Source: Eledone cirrhosa | Lineage: Eukaryota | DNA: 64,000 nt | Direction: 5' to 3' | Assembly (NCBI GenBank): GCA_964016885.1 | Contig: OZ024741.1 | Span: 110,174,001-110,238,000 of the forward strand | Shown here: positions 14,987 to 28,307 of the stretch, piece by piece | How the letters are laid out: every line of letters starts with the position of its first letter | Numbering within the stretch: position 1 is the stretch's first letter | The notes under the pieces: generated by a model | What the model saw: only the letters and a program-made list of their open reading frames with translations | Databases searched by the model: none | What the model was told of the DNA's origin: nothing | Translations under genes and position numbers: made by a program

Positions 14987-15957
14987 CAGGTTTGAGGTTC
15001 ACCACTGTATAGAGCTGGTCTATTCCGTATGGTCAATCGTAAATGCAATAATATAGAGAGTACTCAACGTAAAGCAGTTCAACCGTCCTTTTGGGTTTTT
15101 TGTAGTTGGTGGTGCTATTACGGAGTTAAAATATTATAATGAAATGACAGGAGGCTGGATTTGTGTAAATCCTTGAAAGGTTTATTATACTATGATCATT
15201 TCAATGACCGGGTTCCGTATGAATCCGGTGATATCATCAGGTATTCGAAATCTAATACGTGAATGTAATAGGTAAAATCCATGGGGCTGAAAATCGAGAC
15301 CCGAGGGCGACCGCTATTCTGTTTCCTTCAACCTCAGCCGGTCGCCCTGGAGTGACGTGGCTAAATTTTATAGTATGCCTACTACCGGTCAGATGAACGA
15401 AAACAGAAAAGAGATGGGAGCATAGGTTTAACGTCCGATCCCTCCTTTCTTTTCTTTCTTTTACCTTGTGTCATGGGATCGACGTTAACCTATGCTCCCA
15501 TCTCTTTTCTGTTTTCGTTCATCTGACCGGTAGTAGCATACTATAAAATTTAGCCACGTCACTCCAGGGCGACCGGCTGAGGTTGAAGGAAACAGAATAG
15601 CGGTCGCCCCTCGGGTCTCGATTTTCAGCCCCATGGATTTTACCTATTACATTTCACGTATTAGATTTTCGAATACCTGATGATATCACCGGATTCATAC
15701 GGAAACCCGGTCATTGAAATGATCATAGTATAATAAACCTTTCAAGGATTTACACAAATCCAGCCTCCTGTCCATTTTCATTATTATTATATATATATAA
15801 TATATATATATATATATGAATATATATACATATATATATGTATATATATACATTTATATATATATATATATATATGAATATATATACATATATATATATG
15901 TATATATGTACATTTATTATATATATACACACACAATACATAATATATATATACACA

Positions 15958-16005
<48 letters not shown>

Positions 16006-16831
16006 ACACACACACACACACACCACACCACACCACATATATTATATATATATATATATATGCCTTGGAGCGGGGTACCTGTAAATGTAGTTTACACGTT
16101 ACACACCTAAACCCACCACGTCAAGAACGTTTGTGATATATGTTTGGCCAGTGGACTTCGGTCGGTTTTTCCTGGTGTCACGCTATATAAACTGTTGTTT
16201 ACTATGAAACCTAATGTTTTTTTTAACTTTCGCTCCATTGAGTTGCTTTGTGTTTTGCCTTATACAAATCGAAATAAATATTTGCTCTACGGTTCTTATA
16301 TATTTTATATATATTTATCCTTATCGAGCCCTCTTTGGATTTTTAGTCTTCAAATTTATTATTATTACTATATGGCGGTGAATTGGCAGTATCGGTAGAG
16401 GGTCGGACGCCATGCTTTGACGCTTAGAGTTACGGCCCTTGCCATTCTGAGTTCAAATCCCGCCGAGGTTAACTTTGGCCTTTTCATCCTTACGGGGTCG
16501 ATAAAATAAAGTACCAGTAATACACTGCGAAATTGCTGGCCTTGTGCCAAAAGTAGTAAACAATTACTAATCTATATATATATATACTGTATATAACCAG
16601 ATTAGTTTTTTTCGTTGTTTTTGGTACTGTATGGTTTGGGTTTTGCCTGCCGCATTTTGCTACTCATTCCTAATTGTAGGGCCGACTTTGCTTGGCGGCA
16701 GCCCAAAGCTTCGATTTTACTAAGCTTCCACTTGTATATATATATATATATATATAATATATAAAGAGAGAGAGAGAGAGAGAGCTATGAAAGTAAGTAA
16801 TACGACAACTGCATCTATTATCAGTCCATCG
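12770..16831 (+). repeat. Second, indel-noisy copy of 1-3939 (includes duplicate HHRs, fold-back and SINE)
   Basis: Colinear with 1-3939; homopolymer extensions typical of unpolished long reads. Confidence 0.95.
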
Positions 16832-17040
16832 TCCCCTTTATCAATAATAGGTGCTTCTTGGTTGTTGTTTTTCCTAGGAGGGTTGGTGCATTGTTTTTAA
16901 AGGATGTGTTTGGTTTTTTACTTTATATCATGAGCAATGTGTGTCTGGTGAGTACGGTTTTGTTTGAGTTCGTAGATAGCATTGGTTTTAGTGCTGACTG
17001 AAGTAGAAGCAATTGGACTGTCATATATATGTATGTGTGT

Positions 17041-17076
<36 letters not shown>

Positions 17077-17097
17077 ATATATATATGTGTATATATA

Positions 17098-17192
<95 letters not shown>

Positions 17193-17346
17193 ATATATAT
17201 ATATATATATTATATATATTATATACATACATACATACAAAAAAAATCATTGCCTGCTTCGGGCCCCAAAATGGTCCTTGTACCGCCCTTGCAAAGTTTT
17301 CTTTTGGTGGCCCTGTAATACACACACACTCACACACACGCATATA

Positions 17347-17410
<64 letters not shown>

Positions 17411-17595
17411 GGGAAAAAGAGTCAGGGACCCTCCACGGCTAAGCTCCGGCCTTTTCGACAAACTAGGTTCTGAAACTAAACGGCGTTAGTTTCAGACTCT
17501 TTTCCTATTACCCACTCTAGTACCCAGTGTCCGAGTACTTTTGCTGCGTTTGTGGTCCACCTGATTTCCTTACCCACACTTCCTTCGTTATATAT

Positions 17596-17627
<32 letters not shown>

Positions 17628-17914
17628 CAGTTATATAGATATATATACATATATATATATATATATGTATATACATATATATGTATATACATATATATAT
17701 GCTAATAACACATAGACACAAGTACAGACAAAAAATTATTAATTTTTGTAAAGTGACAAATTAAGGTCAAATAACTTCCTCTACAGTTTCAAATTATTAT
17801 AATTACTGTTTTATTTTTACTCTGAAAACAATTGTTCATTTATGTAATATATCCATCGTAATTATGTATACGTGTGAATCTGCGCATGCATGTAAGTATG
17901 TATGTATGTAAAGG

Positions 17915-18795
17915 GCGGAAGAAACTCATAAGAGTCAACGGCCATCCAAAAGTGTGGAAAATATGTATATACACATGTACATATCTATGTATATGTGTAT
18001 ATACATGGGTGCATGTGTGTGTATATGCGCGGGGACGTAGTCGGGCTGGACACCCGATCACGCGGTTAAACCACAGGGAGTGACGGACCCTTAGCCTTTG
18101 TCAGAGCCTTCTTCTAGGAGAAGGTTTACTCAGGAAACTGGGATAACTCTGATATAAAACCTGCGGCTCAGTATTTACCGATGATGTTGATATTTTCTTA
18201 TTTTCGGGTTATAGCTACTGTCGTTCAGAGAGTGGGATTGGCTCAGTGCACAGTCTTTCCTCACTTTAAAAATATCTTCATGCACAGGCCTTGCACGATA
18301 GAATTAATTAATAATTATTAATAATGGTATATCGTACAATGGCCATACTCGATAACGAGGGGGCAGCCATCATCAAGTAAGTATGTATGTATGTATGTAT
18401 GTATGTATGTATGTATGATACCTGATAGTATCCAATGATGTTGACTTCTTCTTCTTTTTGGTAAATATCATCTTGGTTAAGAGAGTGGGACTGGCTTTGT
18501 GCAGTACCTTTGCTCACCATAAAAGTTTCACGGCACAGGCATTGCTTTATATCTGGAGATCTCTCTGCACTTGTCGTCACATGGTACCATGGGCCCACCA
18601 CTATATGTCAATAATTGTCACAAGTGTAGTGTTTGTACCAGAGTTTTCAAGTCGTTGGCTGGACTAAAAAGTCACACTTGTTCAGCGCATCGGTAGGGGT
18701 TCTCCTACATGGATATAAAGTAGTGGCCGTACTCGAAAACGAGTTGGCAGCCACCATGTATGTTTGTATGTATGTATGTATGTATGTATGTATGT
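17915..18795 (+). mobile_element. Two related non-autonomous retro-element units, each ending in ggcagcca-cat and a (GTAT)n tail
   Basis: Internal similarity of 18175-18375 to 18430-18757; match to 10027-10432. Confidence 0.55.
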
Positions 18796-19130
18796 ATGTA
18801 TGTATGTATGTATGTATCTTGTATATATGTATGTATCTATGTATGTATGGATATACGTAGGTATGCATGTATGGATGTATATATGTATGGATGCATATTT
18901 ACATATATATATATATGTGTGTATAAATATATATATAGAGAGAGAGGGGTGGGAGAGAGAAAGAGAGAGAGAGAATTGACTTCTACAGGACTAGAACTGT
19001 TTAATTCATATGGAATCATCAGGAATGTCCTGAAAATAACGATGCCAATACTCTATCATGTACTGAGTATCCTTTTTAACTGTAGTTACTCCCCGACACA
19101 ACTCGAGAACTACACACACACACACACACA

Positions 19131-19190
<60 letters not shown>

Positions 19191-19199
19191 TACACACAC

Positions 19200-19262
<63 letters not shown>

Positions 19263-19394
19263 GAGGTTATATTTAATTTGTTGGGATACAACAAGCAAAA
19301 TAATTTTATAACTGATATAAAGCACTCAACAAGATATTGGAGTAAATATACAATATATTAACAAATGGAAACTATATTTATAAAACCATATTTA

Positions 19395-19456
19395 TTTCAT
19401 TATACATATTTCAAGGGCCACCAGAGCAAACTATGGTGCGCTTTCATCAGATAAAA
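19395..19456 (-). ncRNA. Type I hammerhead ribozyme, left-arm copy
   Basis: Reverse complement of 19590-19651 with a change only in loop II. Confidence 0.75.
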
Positions 19457-19589
19457 TATAATATAGGTTAGTTTTATAAATAAATATTGATATACCCTTA
19501 AAATTCCACTATCCAGGAGATTCCAACCAGAATGGTTGCATTTTTTAAGGGTATGTCAATATTTATTTATAAAACTAACTTATATTATA

Positions 19590-19651
19590 TTTTATCTGAT
19601 GAAAGCGCACCATTGTTTGCTCTGGTGGCCCTTGAAATATGTATAATGAAA
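19590..19651 (+). ncRNA. Type I hammerhead ribozyme
   Basis: ttttat-CTGATGA-aagcgcacca...tggtggccctt-GAAA-tatgta-TA-atgaaa. Confidence 0.8.
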
Positions 19652-19701
19652 TAAATATGGTTTTACAAACATAGTTTCCATTTGTTAATATATTGTATTA
19701 T

Positions 19702-19783
<82 letters not shown>

Positions 19784-20054
19784 GGATACTATTTATGGTT
19801 ATGTATATACTAAAACTTTTTATAGTTATGTATATTTTAAACCCTAAACAGTGAAGGTCAGTAATTTATTACTACCTTATTACCAGTAAGATAAATAGGA
19901 GTCTTCGGACCATTTTTCAATGTTTGTACAAACATTGAAAAATGCTCCGAAGACACCAAGCCTAAGTTTGGATGAAACAATTGTAAGTGAATAAATGCTT
20001 TGAACATAGCTTTGATTGTTGTGAATTCTATATATATATATATATATATATATA

Positions 20055-20132
<78 letters not shown>

Positions 20133-20137
<5 letters not shown>

Positions 20138-20384
20138 AGAACCCCGTCGGTCACGATTGACCATGTGATTTGCACTTACAAATTTTCCCTCCGAGGCACA
20201 AGTCCGGGCAAGGCTGTTTGAGGAAGACCACCAGGCGCCCATGCATACCAGTCTCCCCTCTACACGCCACCGATGTTGTCCAAGGGAAAGGCTATGGTCG
20301 GTACAGCTTGGCACCAGTGACGTCGCAGCTCATTTCTACAGCTGAGTAAACTGGAGCAACGTGAAATAAGTGTCTTGCTCAAGG

Positions 20385-20385
<1 letters not shown>
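20133..20385 (-). mobile_element. OR-like SINE, 5'-truncated
   Basis: Match to 8648-8905. Confidence 0.75.
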
Positions 20386-20481
<96 letters not shown>

Positions 20482-20989
20482 AAGGCTCTATTGATTTTTC
20501 CCTGGATTTCACAAAATTCTATGGATAAATCTGTCTTGATTTTTTTAATTGAGTTTGAATTATTTTCCCACATCTTACGTTAATTATTTTCCATTTTGAC
20601 GTTTTAGTCACTTATATATTATGAAATACTGTTGGCTTCACGCTCACAATAATTTCTATACTTATATATATATATATATATATATAATATCAGGTCACTC
20701 TTGAGTACAACTGGTAACAGGTAACACAATACAACCTGTCATACGGTCGGGTCGTCGGTGACTAAACAGGCAATGTCACCAAGTTTGCTTGAGGAGGATT
20801 TCGGACACCCTACAGGATGAAAAACAAAACCTGACAAATATGTATATATATGGTGTGGGTGTGTAAATATGTATATGTTAATTTAAGCGTAGATCTGTAG
20901 TAAATTTCACTAGTTGACACTAACAAACTACCAAAACACACATCTATTTGTACATGCGCTACAATTTATGTAGATGTTCTGTTGAGACA

Positions 20990-21750
20990 GATGGGGGAGA
21001 TAGATATAGATATAGAGAGATGGGGAGAGTTTGATGGTAATAAATATAGAGAGGAAGGTTGGGAGAGTGTTGTGTATTAGATATACGGAGGGGGATAGTT
21101 TGGTGTTAATTAATATAGAGAGGAAGGTTGGCATATTAAATATAGAGAGGGGAAGAGATTGATGTTTATTGATATAGAGAGAGGAATTTGAAGAGAGTTT
21201 CGTGTAATAGATATACAGAGAGGGAGAGTTTGGCGTTAATTGATATAGAGAGGGGAATTGGAAGAGAGTTCCGCATAGTAGATATAGAGAGGGAAAGAGT
21301 GGGGTTAATTGATATAGAGGAAGGTTGGGAGAGTGTTGTGTATTAGATATACGGAGGGGGATAGTTTGGTGTTAATTAATATAGAGAGGAAGGTTGGCAT
21401 ATTAAATATAGAGAGGGGAAGAGATTGATGTTTATTGATATAGAGAGAGGAATTTGAAGAGAGTTTCGTGTAATAGATATACAGAGAGGGAGAGTTTGGC
21501 GTTAATTGATATAGAGAGGGGGATTGGAAGAGAGTTCCGCATAGTAGATATAGAGAGGGGATTGGGAGAGATAAGTGTAGATATTTAGAGAGAGTGAAAG
21601 TGTGTATTAGTTTTAGATATAGAGAATGGGATAAGAGAGGCGATGTCGTGGTAGACATAGAGAGGGGTAGAGTTCGGTTTTAGTAGATACAGAGAGGGAG
21701 ATTAAAAGAGAGTTTTGTGTGATAGGCATAGAGAGGAGGAGAGTTTGGTG
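20990..21750. repeat. ~32-bp purine-rich minisatellite with a 266-bp higher-order duplication
   Basis: gatatagagagggg..gagttt units; gaggaaggttgggagagtg at 21051 and 21317. Confidence 0.85.
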
Positions 21751-22024
21751 GTACTCTCGGGTCCCAAATAATAGGAGTGGCAACAATGGGGGGGGGGGGG
21801 GGCTTCGGAAATCAGTAATTGTATAGTGTACGTTCTTAAATATGGGATTTCTTGTAATGTTCTTCTTTTGTCTTATATAATGTTTTTTTTATTACATTCT
21901 CCAGCTGCTGTATCATTTACAATAAAATTTCACCGGAGATAGATTAGCAAAATTTAATAAGCGGGAGGGTTCTGACAAAATAATAAACGGCGGGTGAAGA
22001 CGATTATTCAAGACCTAAGAGTAC
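21751..22024. mobile_element. MITE with imperfect ~21-bp TIRs (Tc1/pogo-like, TA ends)
   Basis: tactctcgggtcccaaataat ... attattcaagacctaagagta. Confidence 0.55.
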
Positions 22025-22078
22025 GTGAATTATTGATGGAAGTAAGAATGAAAACTCAATACTGAAGTAGAGTTTAAA

Positions 22079-22213
22079 TATTCATTTATTATGGCTAAGC
22101 CTTGTTACTCTGGAGTCTCACCTGCGTACTCACCAGACAAGACTGGTGGTCTTGTGACTGCGGAGGTGAAACTTTAGAGTAATAAAGCTCACGAATAGCC
22201 ATAATAAATGAAT
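22079..22213. repeat. Imperfect hairpin element; related half at 8105-8190
   Basis: attcatttattatggcta ... tagccataataaatgaat. Confidence 0.7.
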
Positions 22214-22350
22214 GCATTAAATGTATATATATTCAATGTGGCCTACCTTTCGTGGTAGGGTCTATACCGTAGTTAGAACTCAATGTAATCCGTTAGCAAT
22301 GGTTCCGTGTTTCGCTGAGTCAATCTTTCAGATACAGAGTCTGATAGATC

Positions 22351-22410
22351 AACGATGATAATAATAACAAAGGCAAGTTATAACTTACCTTTGTTATTAT
22401 TATCATTGTT
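22351..22410. repeat. 60-bp palindrome
   Basis: aacgatgataataataacaaaggcaagtta/taacttacctttgttattattatcattgtt. Confidence 0.85.
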
Positions 22411-22511
22411 AAACTAATATCGAAATTGAATGGACCTGTTATTTTTATCTAAAGGCATTTTTTCCAATTCCAATCCGCCCGTCACCTCAATCTATCTTAT
22501 TTCTCATTCTT

Positions 22512-22547
22512 TCTTCTGATGAAGGACTAGCGTCCGAAACGTTAAGA
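22512..22547 (+). ncRNA. Minimal (36-nt) type I hammerhead ribozyme
   Basis: tctt-CTGATGA-a-ggac-tagc-gtcc-GAAA-cg-TT-aaga; palindrome AACGTT implies a dimer-dependent stem III. Confidence 0.8.
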
Positions 22548-22787
22548 CCCTATTTCTATTTCAAGCGTTAACTAATATATTCCTTCCATATGCTGTACCG
22601 ATTGTGTTGTTATTTCTGTTTACCTTTTATATATATATATATGGGGGGGGGGGTATGTATGTAATATATATATATATAGGAGATGAATAAATTAGGTATA
22701 ATACCAGTTTCTTACCAAATGCGAGGAAGCTTGATATATCAACTCTTTAGGAAAGGGCACAGACCGTTTTTTAAAACTATATACACA

Positions 22788-23013
22788 CAGTGGCGGTGGA
22801 ACTGGGGGTGGGTCATGCCCCCTCCAATAATTATGTTTTCTTCCCAAACTACCAAAACACACATCTATTTGAACATGCGCTACAATTTGTGTAAATTTTA
22901 TGTTTATCGCATATCGAAGTTTTCTGACCATTTTAGAATGCAAATAACTAAACTAAATTGTCCGAATTTGACCCCCACCCCACCCCAATTCAGAAATGCT
23001 TCCACCGCCCCTG
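22788..23013. mobile_element. hAT-like MITE
   Basis: TIRs cagtggcggtggaa / ttccaccgcccctg; internal piece also at 20925-20968; no 8-bp TSD seen. Confidence 0.6.
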
Positions 23014-24052
23014 GGATGGTCTTTTGAGGCGTCTCCTTGTGTCCCAGTGGCTGTATACCACTCGGTGAACTGATGACGCGCACCTATCATCTTTTATTTT
23101 GAAGACAGACCTGCGTAGCGAAAAGCCAGTTCCTACACCAGGTGTCTTTGATAAGGCTATTATAAGATAGTCTAACAAAGCAAGTCGGATCTAGAGGAAT
23201 AAGCCACGATAAAAATCCAGCTTGACTCATAACAAGCAATAGTTCAGTGACCATCAGTTTAATTAGATGACTTCGGCGTCGTGAACAGCAGTTGCTTCGC
23301 AGATGATCGACTGTTAATTCAACAATTGGTTGGCACAATTGCTCCAGTTAGCGGAGAAATCCCTGAGTAGGGGTCACGAGATACATATATTCTAGCCATT
23401 GAATATAGTAGAGATCGCTCAAGAAGAGGAATATGTGTGTGTGTGTGTGTTTACGCGCGCGCGTGTGTGTGTGTATGTGTGTGTGTGTGTGTGTGTGCGT
23501 GTGTGCGTGTGTGTATGTGTGTGTGAGTGTGTAAGGACGCGTAATGGCTGAATGTTTAAGTGGTTCACTTCCCGATCATTAGGTCATGGGTTCGATCCCA
23601 CTTCGTAGCATCGTGGGCAAGTGTTATTTACCATAGCCATATAAAAGTGTCCATCTCCTCTCACTCTCACTTTTTGGTTCCTCTTTGAACATATATCTTC
23701 CCCACAGTACTACCGATTCTCTCCAGCCTTCATATGGACTTTATCCATACAATCGTGGATTACCCAACACACCGAGCATTATAATAAATGTTCGGCTAAT
23801 CCATACGTACATATATATATATATATATGTGCATGTATATATATATATATATACATACTACTGTACGTCTGTATACATATATGTATGTACGTATATATAC
23901 TTATATATATATATATATATATATATGGCAGATGAGTATTGACGTACATGTACGTCAATACTCATCTTTTTCCATTTCTCCATTTCCCCACTATCAGGTT
24001 AAATAATTTCTTTAGTCAAAATACGGCGATAGCTTACATTTATATACTTAAT

Positions 24053-24404
24053 AATGGTTTCTACCTTTGGCACAAGGCCAGCAAATACCCAATGCATTAC
24101 TGGTACTTTATTCTATCGACCCCGGAAAGATGAAAGGCAAAGTTAACCTCGGCGGGATTTGAACTCAGATCATACATTTATATACTTAATAATGGTTTCT
24201 TATATAGGCACAAGGCCAGCAATTTGGGGGCAGGGGAAAGTCGATTAAATCGACTCCAGAGCGTGACTGGTACTTTATTTTATCGACCCCGTAAGGATGA
24301 AAGGCAAAGTTAACCTCGGCGGGATTTGAACTTATAAAGGGTCGTAATACTTTACTGCAAAGCATGTTATCCGACCCTCTACCTATACTGCCAATCGACC
24401 GCCC
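24053..24404 (-). mobile_element. Two adjacent Nin-like SINE copies (one partial)
   Basis: Reverse complement of the SINE core at 24100-24170 and 24265-24335. Confidence 0.8.
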
Positions 24405-25124
24405 TAAATAGATAGATACTTAATAATGAGACAGGTAGTTATATTAAATTCCACCGAGTTTTTGATTTTCAAAATTATTTGTTGTTCATTAGAAATCTGG
24501 TAACGAAAGGTTTAAACAACTACCCCCCCCTCACACACACACGCTGATTAAATGAACCCTATGTAATTTTTACATTTTTTAAAATCTTATTGTTCTTCCT
24601 ATTATAATGTTGTTGTTGGCATTGTCCCCTCACCCGCTACACACACACACACCACCACCACCACATCAGTAGAAGCTAATTATGAATAAATGTTTTTTGT
24701 GTGAGCTTGTATATACATGTGTTCGTGTGTGCGTGTGTGAATGTGTGGGGAATGGTCGTGTATATGTGTGTTTAGTACTTAAGTGTGTATGTGTGTTTAT
24801 GAATGTATGTGTCTACATGTATATGTGTGTAGAATCGTGTGTGTCCGTGTATTCGGATGCCCGTGAGTGCGGTAGTTTACAAGAATGTTTATGTGTAGCC
24901 AGTTTGACGTATATCTATGGCTACAACGCCACTTTACCTTTCTCTATATTCATCATCATTATCATCATCAGCATCATTATCCTCTTCATCATCACCATCA
25001 TCATCATCACTACCACCACTAGCACTCTCATCAGCCCTACTACCACCACCATCATCATCATCATCACCACCACTACCACTATCAACACTACCAACACTAA
25101 CTCCAACACCATCACTACTACCAT

Positions 25125-25400
25125 TCTTCTTCTTCTTCTTCTTCTTCTTCTTCTTCTTCTTCTTCGCCCATTTATTCTTGAGATGGTCGTGGGGGCAGAG
25201 TCCTCAAGCACTCCCTCTGGCGGGTCCTGTCAGAAGCAACCGTTTCCAATTGATCTGGCTGCTTTCCTAAGCGAGACCAACCGAGCTCATGGATGTTATC
25301 TAACCAGCTAACTCGGGGTCTACCCCTGGGTCTCCTACCTGTTCGTTTTGCCTGTCCAGTGGTTCTTTCCTGAGACATTCTATCACATTCTTCTTTTCTC
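25125..25400 (-). mobile_element. RTE-clade LINE 3' end with (GAA)n tail
   Basis: GRRPRGRPRVSWLDNI...VASDR C-terminal motif, stop codon, then (GAA)n. Confidence 0.7.
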
Positions 25401-25418
25401 GCCTTTCCTTTCTGTATG

Positions 25419-25480
<62 letters not shown>

Positions 25481-25586
25481 AGGGCGGCCGACCGGGGTAG
25501 AAGATGTTAAATGTTCGGTCGCCCTCATGTCTCTGATTTTTCAGCCTCATGGATTTTGTCTGTTATATTCCTTTGTTATATTTCGA

Positions 25587-25644
25587 ATACCTGATGATGT
25601 CACCGGATTCATACTGAACCCGGTCATTGAAATGATCATAGTAT
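25587..25644 (+). ncRNA. Type I hammerhead ribozyme, same family as 2815-2872
   Basis: atac-CTGATGA...GAAA-tgatca-TA-gtat. Confidence 0.75.
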
Positions 25645-26197
25645 AATAAACCTTTTAAGGAATTACACCAGTCCAGCCTCCTGTTATTTTATAATATATA
25701 TATATATATAATGCATGTGTGGTGAAACCTGGAGAAAGATGGATGTTGCCAGGTTTAAAACGCCAAAGACGCGCCATATACCGAATCCCCTACGACTCCA
25801 TCTGTGAGTAATGGGATCTGTGATAGTGACAATGTTGCCCACTTCAATAACGCTACCACATACTCCATGTGTCACTTTGGCAGAGTTCACCCTCATGCAA
25901 GCATTTAGACCAGCAGCATGGTTTGACGATAACTTGCTACTTTTCTTTCTACCAGTAAGGCGGCCTTTCCTTGCGAAGAAAATGAAGTGTGAAGTGTAAA
26001 GCTTTTCCAATCATTCCTCAATACACAGAAAAATCATACGTTATATCAGTAATTTTTTTTCTCCTCATCAGATGATGACTGCACAGGGCAATATTGCTAC
26101 AGCAACGCTATATATGTCATACAGTTTATATAAAGTAGCAGAAAGGGTCAGTCTAATTTGTATACCATGCATGCGTTTCTCGACTTGATTAAATTAA

Positions 26198-26361
26198 TTG
26201 TTTCTGCTTTTGGCACAAGGCCACCAATTACCCAGAGCATTACTGGTATTTTATTTTATCGACCCCGTAAGGATGAAAGGCAAAGTTAACCTCGACAGGG
26301 CCGTAACTCTATGCGTCAAAGCATGGCGTCCAACCCTCTACCGATACTGGCAATTCACCGC
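26198..26361 (-). mobile_element. Nin-like SINE with internal deletion
   Basis: Reverse complement of the SINE; B box missing. Confidence 0.8.
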
Positions 26362-26484
26362 CTTTGATTAAATTAATAAAAGCTATTTATACTGGAACAG
26401 GAAACATGAAGTGACTCGAAACACTATGTTCATTGTTTCATTCTTAAATAGTTAAAATTGGTAGACGGAAACTACAAAAATCAG

Positions 26485-26591
<107 letters not shown>

Positions 26592-26991
26592 CGTGCGTGC
26601 GTGTGTGTGTCCGTGTGTGCGTGTGTCCGTGTGCGCGTGTGCGCGTGTGCGCGTGTGTGCGTGTGTGTGTGTGTGTCATAACTTAACCCGAAATAGTAAG
26701 TATTGGTGTCGATGTCATCAACCAAATCCCTACAAATGGCTTATGCAATTCTGATGTTCTGAAAATCCTATGCTACTCGGAAAATTAAATATGTAAGGGT
26801 GTTTCCATTTCATCTTTTTATTTTTATATTTAGTTTAATTCCATATATAGTATCTTACTGTAATAAAAATAGATATTTCAGACACCCCTATACATTGATA
26901 TTTTCTACGATTTGTGAAGCGTACGTAAACCGATCAAAATCATTTAATTTCACCTGTATCTTGGTTTTATTATTTACTGTATATATATAAA

Positions 26992-27187
26992 GGGCGCTGA
27001 ATTGGCAGTATCGGTAGAGGGTCGGACGCCATGCTTTGACGCATCGGGTTACGGCCCTTGCCATTCTGAGTTCAAATTCCGTCGAGGTTAACTTTGCCTT
27101 TCATCCTTACGGGGTCGATAAAATAAAGTACCAGTAATGTCCTGGGTAATTGCTGGCCTTGTGCCAATAGTAGACACAATTATTTAC
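26992..27187 (+). mobile_element. Nin-like SINE
   Basis: Full-length match. Confidence 0.85.
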
Positions 27188-27220
<33 letters not shown>

Positions 27221-27469
27221 GGAGAGAGAAGATAAGACGATCCATCCCGTTAAGGGTGAAAGCAGCCATTCTTTGCTTAAAATTTAATCTGTTATTTTAA
27301 TAAATATTTGCTCTATGGTTCTTATATATTTCATATATATTTATCCTTATCGAGCTCTCTTTGGATTTTAGTCATCACATTTATTATTATTACTATATAT
27401 ATATATATATATATAAAATGAAAATGGCGTGCTTCGTGGTTGCAAATGGGTTACATATGAATAAAATTA

Positions 27470-27571
27470 GTCCTTCATCAGTGATCTTCCAGCCTTCATT
27501 GGTATTTCTTCGCTTTAAATATCATATACCCCTGGTTGGTGCGAGCAATAACTAAAGAAAGTTATTGGGAC
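27470..27571 (-). ncRNA. Permuted hammerhead-like structured RNA, copy 1
   Basis: Same motif as 28308-28409. Confidence 0.6.
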
Positions 27572-28307
27572 ACGTAAAATAGGGTGAAGCGAGCGGGACA
27601 TGTAAACAAACATAGATGGTAATGCAACGGAAAGAGAGGAAGAGAAGAGACAAGTCTGTGATATCTATGAACTTAAGTTCTGTGAAATCATAGATGAGAG
27701 ATAAAGACCACCCGACCTGGGTGAGATGTGAGCGAGAAAAGGATTTAACGCACGTCAAACGGGAGGAAGTGAGAGAAGGGGAGTAGCAGAGAGTGAGTGG
27801 GTGAAAGTGTGAGGAAGAGGCCAGCTGAGAGAGAGTGACTGGCTATACCTCTGGTTGGTGCGAGCAATAACCAAAAAAAAAGGTTATTGGGACACGTAAA
27901 TTAGGGTGAAGCGAGCGATATATGTAAACAAACATAGATGGTAATGCAACGGAAAGAGAGGAAGAGAAGAAACAAGTCCGTGATATCTATGAACTTAAGT
28001 TCTGTGGAATCATAGACGAGAGATAAAGACCATCCGACCTGGGTGAGATGTGAGCGATAAAAGGATTTCACACAGGTCAAACGAGAGGAAGTGAAAGAGG
28101 GGAGTAGCAGAGAGTGACTGAGTGAAAGTGTGACGAAGAGGCCAGCTGAGAGAGAGACTAGCAGAGGGGGGGGTAAAAAGAGGGTGAGAGATACAGAGAA
28201 AGGGGAGCAGTAAGAAAGAAACAGACAGGTCACAGCTGAGGAAAACATAAATATATGAAAAATGGCGTGCTGCATGTTTGCAAATGGGTTACATATGAAT
28301 AAAATTA

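Larger units (their letters stand above)
19346..19698. mobile_element. Fold-back element (~155-bp arms) with an HHR in each arm, between (TA)n tracts
   Basis: 19346-19503 is the reverse complement of 19543-19698. Confidence 0.85.

Noticed and set aside
20990-21750. CRISPR-like periodicity
   Set aside because: No unique spacers, no cas genes, eukaryotic context
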